62,033 nucleotides of DNA, taken from positions 1 to 62,033 of the IMG/VR virus record IMGVR_UViG_3300025133_000103. One strand, written 5' to 3'. The DNA is from a virus (lineage: Duplodnaviria > Caudoviricetes). Of the stretch, positions 29,201 through 38,100 are shown piece by piece. The position numbers and the translations under genes are program-made. The notes beneath the pieces were generated by a model. It saw only the letters and a program-made list of their open reading frames with translations, made no database searches and was not told the origin of the DNA. Position 1 is the stretch's first letter. Each line of letters begins with the position of its first letter.

Positions 29201-31294
29201 AATCACGACTTTGGCGTGGTATATTACGACGAGAGAGGTAGACATGGATTTGTAAATCACTTGAAAACAGTGTTTGTTCCTGACTATTCGTCTCAAGGGA
29301 GGGCTGAGCACACGGATGAGGATGTTCTAGAGGGAGGCCGCGTATCGGTTAAACTTCGGCTCGATCACGCTCCGCCAGAGTGGGCTCATTACTATAAGAT
29401 AGTGTACGCTAAAAATACTAGCGTAAAGGATTTTGTTCAGTACACTTCTGGGGGTGCTTTTGCTTCGGAGATACAACAAGAGGTGGTTCCAGAGCACGGG
29501 AATATATACGTCTCTTTAAATTACTTACAGGGTCATTCCTTGTCATACGTTAGTTCATTTGGAGCAAGAACCCCAGAAGGAGGGTTAAACTTCTATAAGT
29601 TTGAAGAGGGAGATAAACTTATCGTTATCTCTGCTTTTAACGGAGAAGAGAGGGAGTTTTATAATAAATATGAATTAGAGGTTGTCGGGCAAGTAAAGCT
29701 TGGGGAAGATGATAATCCTCTGTCTAATGACCCTGAAGAAAACCAGATGGGCGACTTTGTTATTGTTAGAAACAACCCAGACGCGGTTGGGTTTACATAC
29801 ACAGAGGTTCTTTCGGGGAGCGATAGATGGGGGGATAATTGCATCATAGAGCTTAGAAGCCCTTTTAAGGAAATAGATCTCGATAAGAGGCTTTATTATG
29901 AGATAGGAGACACGTATGACGTGGTTATTGGTAACGAATCTTCGGACTTTCCTGGTCAGAGGCTTCACGGATCGAACCCTATAACTCTAAATAAAGGGGA
30001 TGTATGGTTTAGAAGGATCCCTCTTAACGTGAGAGACCAGCCTGATTTCAATGACCTTATAACACAAAATGACGGAGAGGATACCGACCCTACACCTAAC
30101 TTTAAAAGCTATTACTTAGAGTCTAATACGGCTACTGATTTGTTTAGAGCTGATAGCTCTTTGATAGGAAGGCCCAACGCTATTCTCGAAGACGCTTTAG
30201 AGACGATTAGAGAAGCAACGATAACGTACTCAGACCCTAGTAACCCAGAGTCTAAAAAAGTTAACTACTCTTCTTTTAACAACTCCTTGGCTAACTTTAA
30301 AGACCTATCAGAAAAGCACGGGAGCATTAACTATATATCAGACCAGTCCGACTCTATCCTTGCTATACAAGAAAACAAAGTGAGTAGAATTCCCGTAAAC
30401 AGAAGCTTATTGGCTGACGTGAAGGGGTCCTCTAGTATTATAGCCTCTAGAAATATTCTTGGGGAGGTGATACATTATCCTGGGGAGAGCGGCTGCGATA
30501 ACGATCCGTCGTCTGTGGCGGATATCGAGGATGCGGTATTTTTCGCCAATAAGTCCTTGGGTAAGATATATAGATTTGATATAAATGGGGGCGTTAAGGC
30601 TGTTTCCGATCTTCAGGTGGCGTCGCTATTTAGAAATATGTTTAAGGACGCACTCGCCGATGTGCCTGATAATCAGCACGTTAGGGTGATTGGAGGCTAC
30701 GACCCTGTAAAAGAGGAGTACTTGATTACAGTGGTTAGCCTTGAAGATAAAACAACAACAGGCGTAGAAGTAACCGAACAACCTAGTGGGACTGTCGCCC
30801 CTACAGGTACGGAGGATACGGATGAAGGCGGTGGAGGAGGTCCAGCACCTGATGAAGAAGATGGTGACGGCGGTGGTGGGGAAGACGACGATGGCGACGC
30901 AGTTGCTTTAACTGCCATTCCTATTTTAGATTTAGTTCAAGAGTTTTTAGCTAGACCAGATAATACTAAATTCGCGGCTCTTGCCGAACAAATGACGCTA
31001 GCCCAGTTCAATGAACTAAGGAGTCAGGCAAGCAATAGTGTTGTTTTGGCAGACGTAAATTCTGACGGTGCTGTCGCTGTGACGGACCTGTTAGACCTCT
31101 TAGCTGCTTATGAATTGGATTATGATGAGGGCGATAAACTAAAAGACCCCGCAGCTGGTACGCTACAGAGCGTGTATTGTGAAGGAACCAGTCAATGGGG
31201 TGTATACGCCGACGGATCGGGAGGCACGTACAATCAAATAATAGAAGAAAATAGCCTCCAGTGTGGTTATACTCCTCCGCAGTCTTTTGAATAA
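26219..31294 (+). CDS. tail stabilization (muzzle; P22 gp10-like) protein, N-terminal part, with extra C-terminal dockerin-like domain
   Basis: DALN...GVLKNIKGN, LIYFTDNTNEPRKIN, SNRMMYGNY, HDFGVVYYDERGR, PPEWAHYYK and VIGGYDP motifs. Confidence 0.75.
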   Translation: MPIDKLTPRQLDADSDSKLVKKTAMLDALNLYSGDTGGSGGDGDMGVLKNIKGNRKVTEAEALPNDARVIGKVEDKKTSLVYLFVYSETAAEQGVWAYDPLGRLPNSETNSLRLIYKSAQFNFPQDGFVKGDIVYSNARTEGVAAAFGELGVDFDKDTLIYFTDNTNEPRKINAYRALLANGSAIHGEEDIYAEADFITACPKTPIKPISFFFRADTSKPTNNFLGVPGFQFAYQNIYKDGIESAISCYSDIAFPPSVINQGASPNPNHEAVNECVLTIPSQGPEIESVRIVARQGNTGSFLVVDEIDNTPGDLEYSFYNDRIVTGVSTDEVNKQFDSVPRKAQGQTTSSNRMMYGNYLDGFDNVQTSCTATLTYSERPQDFVDFNIKVRPSIGVHQDQVQSTATTRKSAGFFLDCRHLPSSISAGGNFEVKLSFSPDRNWHLYNCDGSYHQSHQVGFLKQVNPNVLFDSVNEEDLYRITSPEEAGSVHLIDNDFSCWGAVLVNEDSSGVDSASNMWAPQFTPALNSQNFSSVQSDPFAVKIGSSAGSPLILAGGAITFSVKFTVNQDIDDNFPIAVGSFLESAFSGGDGGNAAFSITESKLESSYDINLGLGDGDKIKQDYVGKSNSDSKSRLIMPVGGKSQLSGAPHGHVIINKATPVFGLEVAKNEQIGPGDEFNSRPFGTASFVFKLKSIGDDPEVHTCLRSAFNFVPDGESPLPSYIGGPSQSSLEGYPLDWLVITKATLSDPDFDDISSFFADNGYPAVVNPDNNEIAYSPEEVFGVWAFSPQVDVTTVGGTVLDPIVTIEPSEYNIPVFQQYWVNQIGYIADPNSIFDPEVPGICLMDGEGGPGGGVSRGGGGNPYDDIKLFDQGSVLCTPLLVPDNEGEGDGLPNVAYGTQDQTTFFRGRIDFKTTMLSNGVDNQTALPLIVKEINENEGYDSTMPYPVPFKEDDGDALDASSVNFKPLQSFVEVLSSAFNFDIETDFSRTFKSNANHDFGVVYYDERGRHGFVNHLKTVFVPDYSSQGRAEHTDEDVLEGGRVSVKLRLDHAPPEWAHYYKIVYAKNTSVKDFVQYTSGGAFASEIQQEVVPEHGNIYVSLNYLQGHSLSYVSSFGARTPEGGLNFYKFEEGDKLIVISAFNGEEREFYNKYELEVVGQVKLGEDDNPLSNDPEENQMGDFVIVRNNPDAVGFTYTEVLSGSDRWGDNCIIELRSPFKEIDLDKRLYYEIGDTYDVVIGNESSDFPGQRLHGSNPITLNKGDVWFRRIPLNVRDQPDFNDLITQNDGEDTDPTPNFKSYYLESNTATDLFRADSSLIGRPNAILEDALETIREATITYSDPSNPESKKVNYSSFNNSLANFKDLSEKHGSINYISDQSDSILAIQENKVSRIPVNRSLLADVKGSSSIIASRNILGEVIHYPGESGCDNDPSSVADIEDAVFFANKSLGKIYRFDINGGVKAVSDLQVASLFRNMFKDALADVPDNQHVRVIGGYDPVKEEYLITVVSLEDKTTTGVEVTEQPSGTVAPTGTEDTDEGGGGGPAPDEEDGDGGGGEDDDGDAVALTAIPILDLVQEFLARPDNTKFAALAEQMTLAQFNELRSQASNSVVLADVNSDGAVAVTDLLDLLAAYELDYDEGDKLKDPAAGTLQSVYCEGTSQWGVYADGSGGTYNQIIEENSLQCGYTPPQSFE

Positions 31295-31306
31295 CCGAAA
31301 CCTATA

Positions 31307-32200
31307 ATGACGATAGCATACTCAAATAGATACAACGCATGGAGCACGAGGTACAGCTTCGAGCCTACTTGTTATGCGAGTACAGACAACTTCTTTATCT
31401 CTTCTAAGGACGGGGAGGGGGTGTGGGAGCACGACGTAAACCCCAAGCGTTGCACGTTTTATGGTGAAGGGTCTGGAGCCTCTATAGAAGTGGCTGCCAA
31501 TCAGGATCCTTCGGCTGTAAAGATTTTTAAATCTATCTCTATAGAGACCAATGAGAACGAATGGACAGCAGAGGTGTTTACGAACGACGAGTATACAGGC
31601 AACGAAAGGCAAGAAGGATCTATCGACTCTTTTATCTCTAAAGAGGGGTATAAGTACGCTGACACACCGCGCTCTTCTATCAACTCTTCTTCTAATATAG
31701 TTCCTTATATAGGAGACATGACTCTTCCTAATAACGAACAGTCTGTGAATCTTTTAGAGGGGTTAACCGCAGCCCTTGAGGATCATGTTTACGCTATGTT
31801 TTATTTTGATTCGCCGATTAGCTTGCCTGTAAGTGAATCTCTTAATGTTAGAATATATTCAAGTCAAGACGGAGAACTTCAAGACCCTTCGGTGCCTGGT
31901 GTTCCCGTTAGTCTTAAGATGTACGCGCACTCGATATTAGAAGGGAACGTACTTGTTGTTCTGGTTGATGTATCTGACTCTACTTTCGATCAGAATAATA
32001 TCTATGATTTTGCTGAGGGAGCTCTCAATGGTTCTAGTTTAGCTTTCGTCTCCCCTGCCAGCGTAAACGGGGATTCGATGCGAGGGCCGTACTTAAGAAC
32101 TAAAATAACAACAACGACCACCGAACCTTTAGAGCTTCACGCAATCAACGTAGATTACGAGTTTTCTAAGCTTGACGCTCGTTTAACTCAAAATACTTAA
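31307..32200 (+). CDS. C-terminal part of tail stabilization protein, encoded as a separate gene
   Basis: Starts TIAYSNRYNAWSTRYSF and contains VKIFKSISIE, KEG and NGDSMRGPY..ELHAIN, which are normally the C-terminus of this family. Confidence 0.7.
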   Translation: MTIAYSNRYNAWSTRYSFEPTCYASTDNFFISSKDGEGVWEHDVNPKRCTFYGEGSGASIEVAANQDPSAVKIFKSISIETNENEWTAEVFTNDEYTGNERQEGSIDSFISKEGYKYADTPRSSINSSSNIVPYIGDMTLPNNEQSVNLLEGLTAALEDHVYAMFYFDSPISLPVSESLNVRIYSSQDGELQDPSVPGVPVSLKMYAHSILEGNVLVVLVDVSDSTFDQNNIYDFAEGALNGSSLAFVSPASVNGDSMRGPYLRTKITTTTTEPLELHAINVDYEFSKLDARLTQNT

Positions 32201-32212
32201 ATTTGCTAGATC

Positions 32213-33523
32213 ATGGGTAAAGTAAAGAAATACAATAGCGGAGGGACGTTTGATTGGAGTAGTTTCCTCAGCGGTGTTAACCCATCAGGAGGTGGCACGG
32301 ATCGGTTTGGAAAACCCATCCCTGGAATGATACCTGGAGGCGGTGGTATTGCGGGTGCTGCGGGTATAGTGGGCGGCGTTGCGGATCTTTTTGGGTCGAA
32401 GAACGAGATAAAAAGACAAGAAGGTTTTCGTGATGACGCTATCGCTGGTGCGGCTAAAGCACGTAAGTCGCTCGAAGACGAACAGATGACTATCTCGCAA
32501 GCCCAGAGAGATTTGGCTACTGCGGGGATCCGCCCTACGGACCTTTCTCCTATGCAGGCTATTCAAGCTACGGAGATAGGCGCTTTGGCCTCTGACCCTA
32601 GAGCTTTAATGGGGGGTATAGGGGCTAGCTCGCAACGCGCTCAACAAAACACTATGATGGCTCAGCAAGCAGACCTTGGTCGGGAGCTGGGGGCTATGGG
32701 CAAGCTGGCTGATTTAGAGCAGGGAGCTTTGGATGCGAACACGATCAACCAACGCGCTTTATTTCAAGGTGATTATGACAGGAACTTATCGGACAAAGCT
32801 ACAGCGCTTTCTAATATAGAGACAGCTAGGCAGCAGAAGAGAGATGCTTGGGGGAATATTATAGGAGGTGTAGCTAATGTCGGTATAGCGGCTGCAACGG
32901 GTGGATTTGGCGGAGGCGGCGGGGGTGATGCATTAAAAAACCTAACAGGAAAGAGTTCAGGAGGAAGTTACGAAATGGGTGTTCCGTCGATGACAGACAA
33001 CCAAACCCCTTACTCTACTCAGACTGGGCTTCAGGGCGGTTTTGGGCTTCAGGCCCACGAAGGAGAGAACTATCAATCCCTGCAAGAACAAATGGCGGGT
33101 GGATTTGGCCTCAATCCTATTCAAAGGAGGCTGCTTAGAGGATTTCAGGAGGGAGGCAAAGTTAAATACCAAGAAGGCGGGCAGATACCTGAAGAGCTGT
33201 TGCAGCAGATAATGGCAGAGAACCAAGGGCGAGAAGAACAGCCTATGGAAGAGGAGCAACCCATAGTACAAAAGACAGAAGGGGAGTTCGATCATGATAC
33301 CAACAAGAAGGCTATCGTAGACGAAGAGACAGGAGAGAAAGAAGGGGAAGCAACAGGGGGTGAATATATCCTTAACCCCGAACAGGGCGATGCTATTAAA
33401 AGTCAGTACGAAACGATTGTACAGATGATAGACAACGGTGACGAACCAACGCTAGAAGAGCTTCAGAATTTGTTTGATGCTGTTCACGAGGTGTTCGGTC
33501 AACCACAATTCAACGAAGCATAA
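32213..33523 (+). CDS. putative ejection/cargo protein
   Basis: Gly/Ala-rich hydrophobic segments, coiled coil and TEGEFDHDTN..GEATGGEYILNPEQ motif, located after the tail genes. Confidence 0.55.
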   Translation: MGKVKKYNSGGTFDWSSFLSGVNPSGGGTDRFGKPIPGMIPGGGGIAGAAGIVGGVADLFGSKNEIKRQEGFRDDAIAGAAKARKSLEDEQMTISQAQRDLATAGIRPTDLSPMQAIQATEIGALASDPRALMGGIGASSQRAQQNTMMAQQADLGRELGAMGKLADLEQGALDANTINQRALFQGDYDRNLSDKATALSNIETARQQKRDAWGNIIGGVANVGIAAATGGFGGGGGGDALKNLTGKSSGGSYEMGVPSMTDNQTPYSTQTGLQGGFGLQAHEGENYQSLQEQMAGGFGLNPIQRRLLRGFQEGGKVKYQEGGQIPEELLQQIMAENQGREEQPMEEEQPIVQKTEGEFDHDTNKKAIVDEETGEKEGEATGGEYILNPEQGDAIKSQYETIVQMIDNGDEPTLEELQNLFDAVHEVFGQPQFNEA

Positions 33524-35097
33524 TGGCGAATGGAAACGTAGCCCCTTTAGTTCAGGGTGACAGCTACTCCGATATGGTGGCTAAGCAGGTGGCGCTTATC
33601 AATCGTCAAAGGGAAACGAATTTAGCTCAGAGGTTAGCTCAGGACGAGAAAAATCGTGAGTTTAAAACGGAACAGCTTCAGAATATATATGATTTCGATG
33701 TTTCGGGACTAGCGGCAGGGGATGCGGCTATTTTTGCTGAGCTTCAAAAAACACTTTCAAACTCTTTAGATCCAGATTCTACGGACTCTTATTCTAGTTC
33801 TCAAGAACTAATTGCTGACATCTCCTATGCCAATAACTTATATAACAACATGAAGCACTGGGGCGCCGTTGGCCGTCAAGGGCAGCAGGCGTACCAAGGT
33901 TATATGTTAGAAGGGATGGGGAGCGAGGATTATATTTTCGACGGGAACGAAGACTCATACAATGAGCTTAATCAGTATTGGGATACAGGGGGGTTCCAAT
34001 GGGATGGTCAGATCGGCGGAACAGCTGGCAACAGGACTATCACAGGGAGGTCCGTTGGTCGAGACGGAACCGTTGGGCAAGACGTTATAAACTTTTCTGA
34101 CAACGTAATTAGAAGCAGGCCAGAGGAGTGGTATAGACCAGAGATTAGAGAAGCTAGGATGTTTTCTGGTTTTGATTGGTATGTAGATAAGGCGCCTAAG
34201 AACCTTAACGCAGGCGAGGCTAGACAATGGATGGAGATGGAATGGGAAAAAGACGAAGGGATACGGAGAAGGGCTGCTCGTGCGGTTATAAGAGAGGAGA
34301 GGTTGCAAACTACTGTCGATGAGTACCTAAGCAATGAGATGAATGTAACAAATCTTAGGGGTGCAGTGATAAATGAAGCGGTTCGGGCGCAGAGGATGAC
34401 TGCCGAGGAAGTTAAAGCTGTTGGTGTGTTTGGAAATCAAACTGTTGAAACGTCCCCGATATTAGACGATGACAATAACGTCCTTATTGGTAGAGGGGTT
34501 GGGTATCAAATAAACCCAGAAAGACCTCTTGAGCTTGTAGGTGGTGGCCTGCAAGGTGTTGACGTTTTAGCAGTAGCTCTTAATTGGGACGGATCCTTTA
34601 CGGTGACTCATGCGGGCGACGAGGAGGCTTTGGAAACGAATATACCTGCTGGTGTACAGAACCAGAACCACAGAAACGTGCTTGAGCATATCAAAAAGGA
34701 AGGGTTAATCGCATTGGAAAACGCTAGAGCTCTGACATCGAAGCCAAGCGTCGATAAAAGTTCTGATGATGACGCTGTAAAGGGCTATACTTTTAACGAA
34801 AGAACGGATGAAAAGGAAAGGCTTATAGAGCTGTTTGCTGAAACATTTAAGGAAGAAACGGGAAAGGACATAGCCGACTATATCAATACAGACGAAGAGC
34901 CTTTAGATAACAAGTTAAACGTCGTTACTTCTTTAAACAACTTAGAAGACACAGAAAGTCTGTATGAGCTCTTTATAAAGGAGTACAGAGAGAAAGAAAG
35001 AAAAGAAGGATATACGCTCAAGCTTCCTACGACGAAATCGGGGGGGTATGAGAAGGGAGGTATTATCCCAAGGATTAGAAAGTTTTTCGGTCAGTAA
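33523..35097 (+). CDS. putative ejection/cargo protein
   Basis: 524-aa ORF between the cargo gene and the giant gene. Confidence 0.5.
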   Translation: MANGNVAPLVQGDSYSDMVAKQVALINRQRETNLAQRLAQDEKNREFKTEQLQNIYDFDVSGLAAGDAAIFAELQKTLSNSLDPDSTDSYSSSQELIADISYANNLYNNMKHWGAVGRQGQQAYQGYMLEGMGSEDYIFDGNEDSYNELNQYWDTGGFQWDGQIGGTAGNRTITGRSVGRDGTVGQDVINFSDNVIRSRPEEWYRPEIREARMFSGFDWYVDKAPKNLNAGEARQWMEMEWEKDEGIRRRAARAVIREERLQTTVDEYLSNEMNVTNLRGAVINEAVRAQRMTAEEVKAVGVFGNQTVETSPILDDDNNVLIGRGVGYQINPERPLELVGGGLQGVDVLAVALNWDGSFTVTHAGDEEALETNIPAGVQNQNHRNVLEHIKKEGLIALENARALTSKPSVDKSSDDDAVKGYTFNERTDEKERLIELFAETFKEETGKDIADYINTDEEPLDNKLNVVTSLNNLEDTESLYELFIKEYREKERKEGYTLKLPTTKSGGYEKGGIIPRIRKFFGQ

Positions 35098-35108
35098 AAT
35101 AGCGAGTC

Positions 35109-38100
35109 ATGGACGAAGAAGAATACTTCCAACAGTTTGATATGTCTGGAATGATATGTCTGGAATGACTCCAGAGCAGCAGCTACAATTTAAAGAGTCT
35201 GTCCGTGCGGCGTTTAGCGGTAGGCCGTCGTTCCACCCTACGACGGGTGCCGTAGATGACGAAGGGAGAAGCCTTTCTAGCTACTCGTCAGACGTTCAAA
35301 ACTTAAGAAATAACCCTCAGCTAAAAGGTATTTTTCAAGATGTAACACGCGATGCTTATTCCACGATATTAAGAGATAACGGGGTTTCTTCTGAAGAGTG
35401 GTTATTCAATCACCCAGAAGCAACGACTATTGATGTTATAAGAGCCGCTAACCTTGGTAATTTTAACGACTCTGAATCCTTTTATTTAGATCCAGAGTCT
35501 ACGGACGCGGAAACTTTTGATAGAGAAAAAGCTTTATCTAGATTAGAACAGGAGGCTCAGATGGGCTTTGAAAAAAACTACGTCTTTCCTAAACTCGGAG
35601 GAGCGTTAAACGAGCTCATACCAGAGAACATAAGAAACAACCCTGAAAAACTAGCGCAGTTTGAGTCTATGTTTTTACACGAAACGGGACTTAAGCTAGA
35701 TTTTGATGAAAGCGGGAGGGTTGGAGACATCAACACAGATAGCTTTATAGGGAACAGCTTTAGAGAGGTGGGCAGGGTGTTAAATGATTTGGCGGTAAAC
35801 ATATCTGATTGGGCGATAAGCACCCCTGCGCTAATAACAGAGCTGACCTCGGACCTTTCCCCTTCTGCGCGTGATTTACGATTTAAAATTTCTCAGCAAG
35901 AAGGTGAAACCCAAACTCTTTTAGAAAGAGCTGAAGGTCCTTTTTGGAAAGACGATATATTTTGGGCTTCGTTTGTATCTCCAGAGGCAAGAAGGCAGTT
36001 ATTATTAGGGTCAAAGTCTGCTCCAAGAACTAAAGACCTTGAGGCTCTTTTCGAAAATGGTGATGATGCAAGTATTGGAGATTACCTGGGCGCCTCTGTT
36101 GATCTCCTCGTGGAGTCTGCTCCTCTTCTTTTAGATATAGCAACAGCTAAGGGCTTAGCAACGGGCGCTCTTAAAACAGCAACCAAAGGCGTAACCAAAC
36201 GAGCGGCCACAAAAGCAGCTAAAAAGACGGCTTACGATCCAGTAAGGATTGCCAAAACAGGAAAGCTTAATGCGGCTGACGCGGCAAGAAAAATAGAGAA
36301 CAAAGCCATCCTGATTAATAAAGCTATTAACGGAGGTGGTGCTTTTGTCTTGTCAGATGTATTGGTGTCGGGACATATGCATGCCGATAATGTAGGGCAA
36401 GAGTGGTACGATAATCTTTCTGCCAGCGAAAGAGCCGTTTATCTGGCCGAGCAGTCTAGTGCGGAAGTGCTTAGCGGTATGGTGCTTGGCGGGTTGCTAA
36501 GAGGTAAGGGTGTTTTAAAGGGGTTGACTCGCAAGATGTTTGAAGGCCAGAAAAGTGCGGTTCTAAAGTGGGGGTCACAAATAGCCAGAGGAACCTTTTT
36601 TGGTGTTGCAGAAGAGTCTATTGCTGAAGGAGCAACAGCTGGATGGCAGTATGCAAGTGAGATAAGAGCAAGACAAGCAGGGGGAGACGCTACGGCTATA
36701 TTCAGTCCAGTAGAGTTTCGGAAAAGAGTGTTTGATGCCGTTGCCGCGGGAGCTCTTATGGGAGGTACAGGTGGTTTTGCAGGAGGCACAATTAGCGGGG
36801 GAGCTCAGGCGTTTGTGGCGAAACACGACGAAAGGATAGTTAAAAAGCGAGAAAAGCTTAAAGATCTTGCTCGTGCCGCTGACGAAGCAATAACCACAAG
36901 CGATAAAGACAGAGCAATAGAAAGGTTAGAGTCAGAGACCAAAAAACATTCTGGCGCTCAGTCGGCTATAACTAGAGCTTATGACAGGCTTAGAAAAAAG
37001 AACCCAAAGGCTTTTGATAATATAGCTAGGGTTCAAGGAGAGGTGAATGCTCTTGTTCAGGTGTATAAAGAACTTGCTGAGGGCAGCGATGATGCCTGGA
37101 AAAAAGACGCTAAGAACGAGATAAAAGCCCTTCTTGAAAAGAAACAACAATTAGAAAGCGAAGCCTTCGAAGGGGATCAGACGCTAGATGATGTCATCAA
37201 AGAGGAGTTGGAGGCTGTCTCTGAAGAAAGAAAAGGTAAAGTAGAGGCTTGGGAACAGAGTCAAAGAGAGTCTCCAGAAGCACAAGCAGAGAAACTTCTA
37301 AAAGAAGAATTCGAAGCTCAGAATGCTTCTTTAGAAGCGGCTATAGCTGTCAATTCCGCTGAGCAGACGGCAGACGATGACGTACAGGATGCGACAGAGG
37401 AACAGCCTATGCCCGAACGGGATCCTGATGCAGAGGTAGACGGCGTTACAGCAACGGCTGACAATCTCGCCAAAGAAGGAGCCTCTACTCATGAGAAATT
37501 TAAAGACCTAAGAACGAAAGTTAATATGCTTCTGAAGGCTTTTAAGGCTGAGGGCATGGAGGTTGTTTTTCACAATACAGCAGAGAGCTATTATAACCGT
37601 ACAGGATCGGACCCTAAAAGGTCTAAGGGTGCGATTGACGGTAAAACAATACATATAAACCTCTCGCACGAAAGGACAACTGCTAAAACGGTTAGGCATG
37701 AGTTTTTACATGCCGCCTTTAGGTCTGTAAAAAAAGAGGATAAGGAAAAGTTTTTCAATACCCTTAAGGCATTATATCCAAATATTAAGATAGAGGGCTA
37801 CCCGACGTTCGAGGCTTTCGAAGAGGCAGTAGCAGAGGCGTATGAAGGGAAATCTGCTGACGTTATTTTAGAGGAAAAGATTGTAATCCTCCTTGAGCAT
37901 GCTCTTGACGAAAAGGTTTTAAGCAAAACCGATAAGTCCGTTTTGCGTAAATTAATTGATGGGTTTTTAAAGCTTTTTGGTTTATCTCGAACAACGGAGC
38001 TGGACGCATCCGATTTAAAAGGTTTTGTAGAGGCATTTAGAGCGGCAGAAAGAGAAGGGACAGCTTTTGAAACAGATAAAGCTGTTGATGGCGATACTAC

